NCBI GenBank assembly: GCA_964016885.1
Contig: OZ024742.1
Span: forward strand, 188,108,001-188,172,000
Source of the DNA: Eledone cirrhosa
Taxonomy: Eukaryota
Length of the DNA stretch: 64,000 nucleotides
Direction: 5' to 3'
A program made the translations under genes and the position numbers. Positions 59,967-64,000 of the stretch are shown here, piece by piece. Every line of letters begins with the position of its first letter. Within the stretch, counting starts at the first letter, position 1. The notes under the pieces are model-generated. The model was not told the origin of the DNA and did not search any database. It worked only from the letters and a program-made list of their open reading frames with translations.

Positions 59967-60250
59967 ATAAGTAAATAAAATAAAATAAAATAAAATAAGA
60001 TAAATAAATACATACACAAGCACAATAACAACAAGCACATAAACACACACTAGTCACCCAGCAGACACAACACTATACACACTAGTCACACAGCACACAT
60101 AACACTATACACACACTCAAACGCATGCGCAAAGAAGACAAAATAAAATAAGATAAACAAACAAGCAAATAAATAAATAAATATATAGACAGACTGAATA
60201 AAAAATGGCGTAGACATACAACACAACAGGAGGAACAATGAATATAACAC

Positions 60251-60288
60251 CACTGACGATGTTGCAGATGTGCAACGAAAGATTTATG
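60251..60288 (+). ncRNA. Minimal hammerhead motif (mirror copy 59784-59821, minus strand)
   Basis: CA-CTGACGA-T-GTTGCA GATG TGCAAC-GAAA-GATT-TA-TG. Confidence 0.65.
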
Positions 60289-60821
60289 TAAATTATGTAA
60301 ACTATATATATGTGTTTGTGTCTATATTGTATTTGTATTATTTTTGACCGTCGGTCAGTCAATGGCAACATTGAGGACCGAGTAAGTTAGATCGCAGATA
60401 TAAAAGACAGCGAGAAGCGAAAACCAACCAAACAGTGAGTGTGTTCTGTTATTAATTCTGGCAATATTACGCAAATATGACCCTCCCCAAATATAACAAT
60501 ATATATATATATATATATGTTTAATTATTTAAATCCATTTAAAAATTGCTTTCATCATTGTATACTAATGTTCAACAATTAGTTTTATTTATGAGACACC
60601 ATTTAAATTATTGAAGTCACCGGACTAGCAGAATTGCTAGTGTGACATAAGATGCTTTGTGTTCTGATACGGTACTCTGCGTTGTGAGTTCAATATCTAC
60701 CGACAGGTTCAAATCTCACCCTAAGCCAAGGTTTATCACCGGATCACGGAGCCACGAGGGAGTATTACTGTTGCAATGATTGTAAGAGAAATGCGGCCAT
60801 CTATTATTGCAGTCTAACGAT

Positions 60822-61000
60822 AATTGTTTCTATTTTTGGCACAAGGCCAGCAATAACCCCAGTGCGTTACTGGTGCTTTATTGTATCAACCCCATAAGGA
60901 TGGAAGGCAAGGCTAAGCTTAGCGGGATTTGAACTCAAATCGTAAAGGTCCATAATTCTATGTTGCAAAATATGGTGTCTGAAGCTCTACCTATATTGCC
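60822..61000 (-). mobile_element. SINE family B
   Basis: Reverse-complement family tail and core; TSD-like CTAACGAT. Confidence 0.85.
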
Positions 61001-62461
61001 TAACGATGATGATGTTGTTATGTCGAATCTATACCATAACACTAAATTAGGTGATAAAGAAGACACGCGATGAGGTCATGTGATTTAACAGGACATTAAA
61101 ACGAAATAAAGTATTTAGGATATGTTTTATACTCGGGGGGGCATATCGAGATAACTACAATAGAAACATACAGACAAACAATTACAGATAGTGTGTACTT
61201 TAGTAGTATTTAAAGCTCCATTAAACATCATATACCTCATTGGAAATTCAAGAAGCTAGACTATAGCACATCAAAACTCACGTACACACACGCACACACA
61301 TACACACACCCCCCACACACACGTGTGTGTGTATATATATGATGTGTGTGTGTGTGTGTATGTAAATGGAAGGGTTTTGGTATTTCATGTTGTATATGTT
61401 GCACGCTATATACATTATTGTATGACCAAGAAAAAATAACATCAGTAGTAGTAGTAGTTGTAGTCTGGATACATCAAGGAGCTATTTAAAGCAGGCTAAT
61501 AGCAATTGATGAGCAAGCTACATGACCAACATACATTTATCACAAAATCAACCCCGTTGTCTCTTGAATAATGAAACATGATGCCCTGGAAGAGAACGAC
61601 GTGTTGATGAAATCATTCTTTTGAGATAACGGGGCTAATAGTATGAATCTTGATAATGGCTCTCTTTATTTATGTCCCTGCCCTCGGTTGGAGTTCATTT
61701 GTTTGCTGATTTTTTTTTGTTTGTAGTATTTATTTCATATTAGTAGTCATGGTGATAGATTATAGGACATATCCAACAGATTCGGAGTAATGTATTTATA
61801 TAGAACTTTGAAATGCTTTTGCGAAGGTAGAATTTAGTTAAAAACAATAGGAATAAACAAAGGCGAATCAAAACAGTAGTTTTCAATTTTAATTCATATT
61901 TAATAATGTTTCGAGTTCATAGCATTTTTACAAAGGCAATATGATAATAAATTCAAGTAGTTTCAGTGTGTGAGATAAGTTAGTATAGATAATATGAAAC
62001 ATTGCAAAATATGTTGCTAAAAATGTATACGGCAAGCCCAACTATTACGAGCGAGAAATAAAGGAGCCAGAAAGAATATAAATTAGAACAAAACAAAACA
62101 AGAACTTACATCTTTAAATTATATTTCATATTTCGAGTTTAAATCTACTTAACACATGAATAAAATTGTGTATAATGGGAAATCAGACCGAAATCTCGCA
62201 AAAAAATCTATTTGTTTGGAAGTTTGGGGAAAATACTCTCTTGTACGAGAATAACAGCTCAGTGGCTTCATTTGACACGCGTTTGCAGTTATTGATGAGG
62301 TTTGAGAATTATTTTTTTATATATTTGTAAATGGTGAGAATAACTTCATATCAGTCTGTCTGCTTGTTTTTAACAGCCATCTTGAACTGACACACCCGCT
62401 GTTAATCGACACCACTATCTCTCTTTCTCAAAGACACGCACTATATATATATATATGAATA

Positions 62462-62505
<44 letters not shown>

Positions 62506-62542
62506 TATGTGTGTGTGTAAATATATATATATATATATATAT

Positions 62543-63167
62543 ATATTGTTATACTTTGGGGGGGTCATGTTACCAATAAGAAACACACGCACCAGTTGCT
62601 TTCACTTCAATTTATTATATATTTATAAATTTATAAATTTACAAATTTACAAATCTACAAACTTATAAATTTCTGGTTGGTTGGTTGGTTCCACAACCAG
62701 ATAGTTGTTTATATATATAGTCATAGTCCTTTCGTCACACACTCTGTGACCTCTTCAGTGACTGGGGATTCCTTTCTTCGTTTCTGTGCCTTTCCTTTCT
62801 TCTATCCTACGCCATTTTGTTTCTCATTTTGAGAAACAAAATGGCGTAGGATAGAAGAAAGGAAAGGCACAGAAACGAAGAAAGGAATCCCCAGTCACTG
62901 AAGAGGTCACAGAGTGTGTGACGAAAGGACTATGACTATATATATAAACAACTATCTGGTTGTGGAACCAACCAACCAACCAGAAATTTATAAGTTTGTA
63001 GATTTGTAAATTTGTAAATTTATAAATTTATAAATATATAATAAATTGAAGTGAAAGCGTGTGGTGCGTGTGTTTCTTATTGGAAACATGACCCTCCCAA
63101 ACTATAACAATATCGGTTTCAACACACGATTTCAGATAAAGAATCTTGCTAAACAAATTCAGAAACG

Positions 63168-63170
<3 letters not shown>
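62543..63170 (+). mobile_element. Palindromic PLE pseudo-LTR pair (about 284-bp arms, 3-nt loop) in (TA)n
   Basis: Centre CTCA-TTT-TGAG at 62828; arms 62543-62826 and 62830-63113; the right arm extends about 57 bp further to the family terminus. Confidence 0.92.
62893..62937 (+). ncRNA. Minimal type-I hammerhead motif (mirror copy 62719-62763, minus strand)
   Basis: AGTCA-CTGAAGA-G-GTCACA GAGTG TGTGAC-GAAA-GGAC-TA-TGACT: perfect 5-bp stem I and 6-bp stem II. Confidence 0.8.
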
Positions 63171-63245
<75 letters not shown>

Positions 63246-63429
63246 GTATGTGTGTGTGTATATACATATATATATATATGCCAGTATATGTGTGTATATA
63301 TATGTATGAATATTTATATATATATATATATATATGTATGTTTATGTATATATATATATATGTATATGTGTGTGTATATATATTTATGTATATATGAACA
63401 CACACACACACACGTATATATATATATCT

Positions 63430-63633
63430 GAAGGCGTGTCGCTGAGTGGTTAGAGAATTGGATTCACAATCTTGAGGTTGTGAGTTCGACTCCTGGACCG
63501 GGCGATGCGTTATGTCCTTGAGCAAGACACTTTATTTTACGTTGCTTCTTCTACATGGAGGTGCGACCGAAAGATAGTACAAGCATCTGGAAACATTGTT
63601 TCCTCGGTCCGATTTGGTCGAAAGTCGATTGAT

Positions 63634-63635
<2 letters not shown>
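63430..63635 (+). mobile_element. tRNA-derived SINE, family A, in (TA)n
   Basis: Homologous to 300-520; A and B boxes present; followed by (TA)n(CA)n. Confidence 0.88.
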
Positions 63636-63729
<94 letters not shown>

Positions 63730-64000
63730 CAAACAGACAATGTGTGTGTTCGTAACTAGTGGTTTATGAATATGCGATGAATGCGGGACAGCATGACCAA
63801 TGAATTTGTATAATTTGTACATACGATTACAATTCAGAAGTAAAAAGTATCAAAGAAATATTGAACGATGTACGACATGTAAGACATTCTGAAAATCAAC
63901 GAAACAGAAGATATTTGTTGAATAAAATGTAGCTTGGTAGTATTTACTGATTCATATCATATTGTGATTTACAAAGGCAATAACACGTAAATAACACTGT

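Larger units (their letters stand above)
59537..60502 (+). mobile_element. 5'-truncated PLE with inverted pseudo-LTRs
   Basis: Inverted arms of about 265 bp (59570-59834 and 60238-60502) enclose a GIY-YIG C-terminal fragment; an HHR core is in each arm; (TA)n flanks. Confidence 0.9.

Noticed and set aside
63430-63505. tRNA gene
   Set aside because: A and B boxes continue directly into the SINE body and no acceptor stem forms; it is a SINE head.

Overview
AT-rich, microsatellite-saturated animal genomic DNA. I recognise the SINE families as octopus-like (coleoid cephalopod); that assignment is an inference. No host protein-coding gene could be supported, and almost all ORFs in the track are translated (TA)n, (CA)n, (GA)n or (ACC)n repeats. 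The window contains: (1) a 5'-truncated but uninterrupted Penelope-like element (PLE) ORF (RT plus C-terminal GIY-YIG, minus strand, about 51197-53329) with a long 3' region ending in a hammerhead ribozyme (HHR) fold; (2) about ten further short islands embedded in (TA)n arrays that carry minimal type-I HHR folds, inverted pseudo-LTRs and/or a shared 3'-terminal TGAGT hairpin; (3) RTE-clade LINE fragments, one with a twin-priming-type 5' inversion; (4) many tRNA-derived SINEs with TSDs; (5) a non-autonomous Helitron, two Tc1/mariner-type MITEs and several minisatellites, one of which arose inside a SINE. The most notable signal is a multi-family system of ribozyme-bearing retroelements that targets (TA)n, together with fold-back inverted duplications of flanking DNA at the same arrays. 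All folds and alignments were done by eye, and boundaries are approximate unless exact motifs are given.
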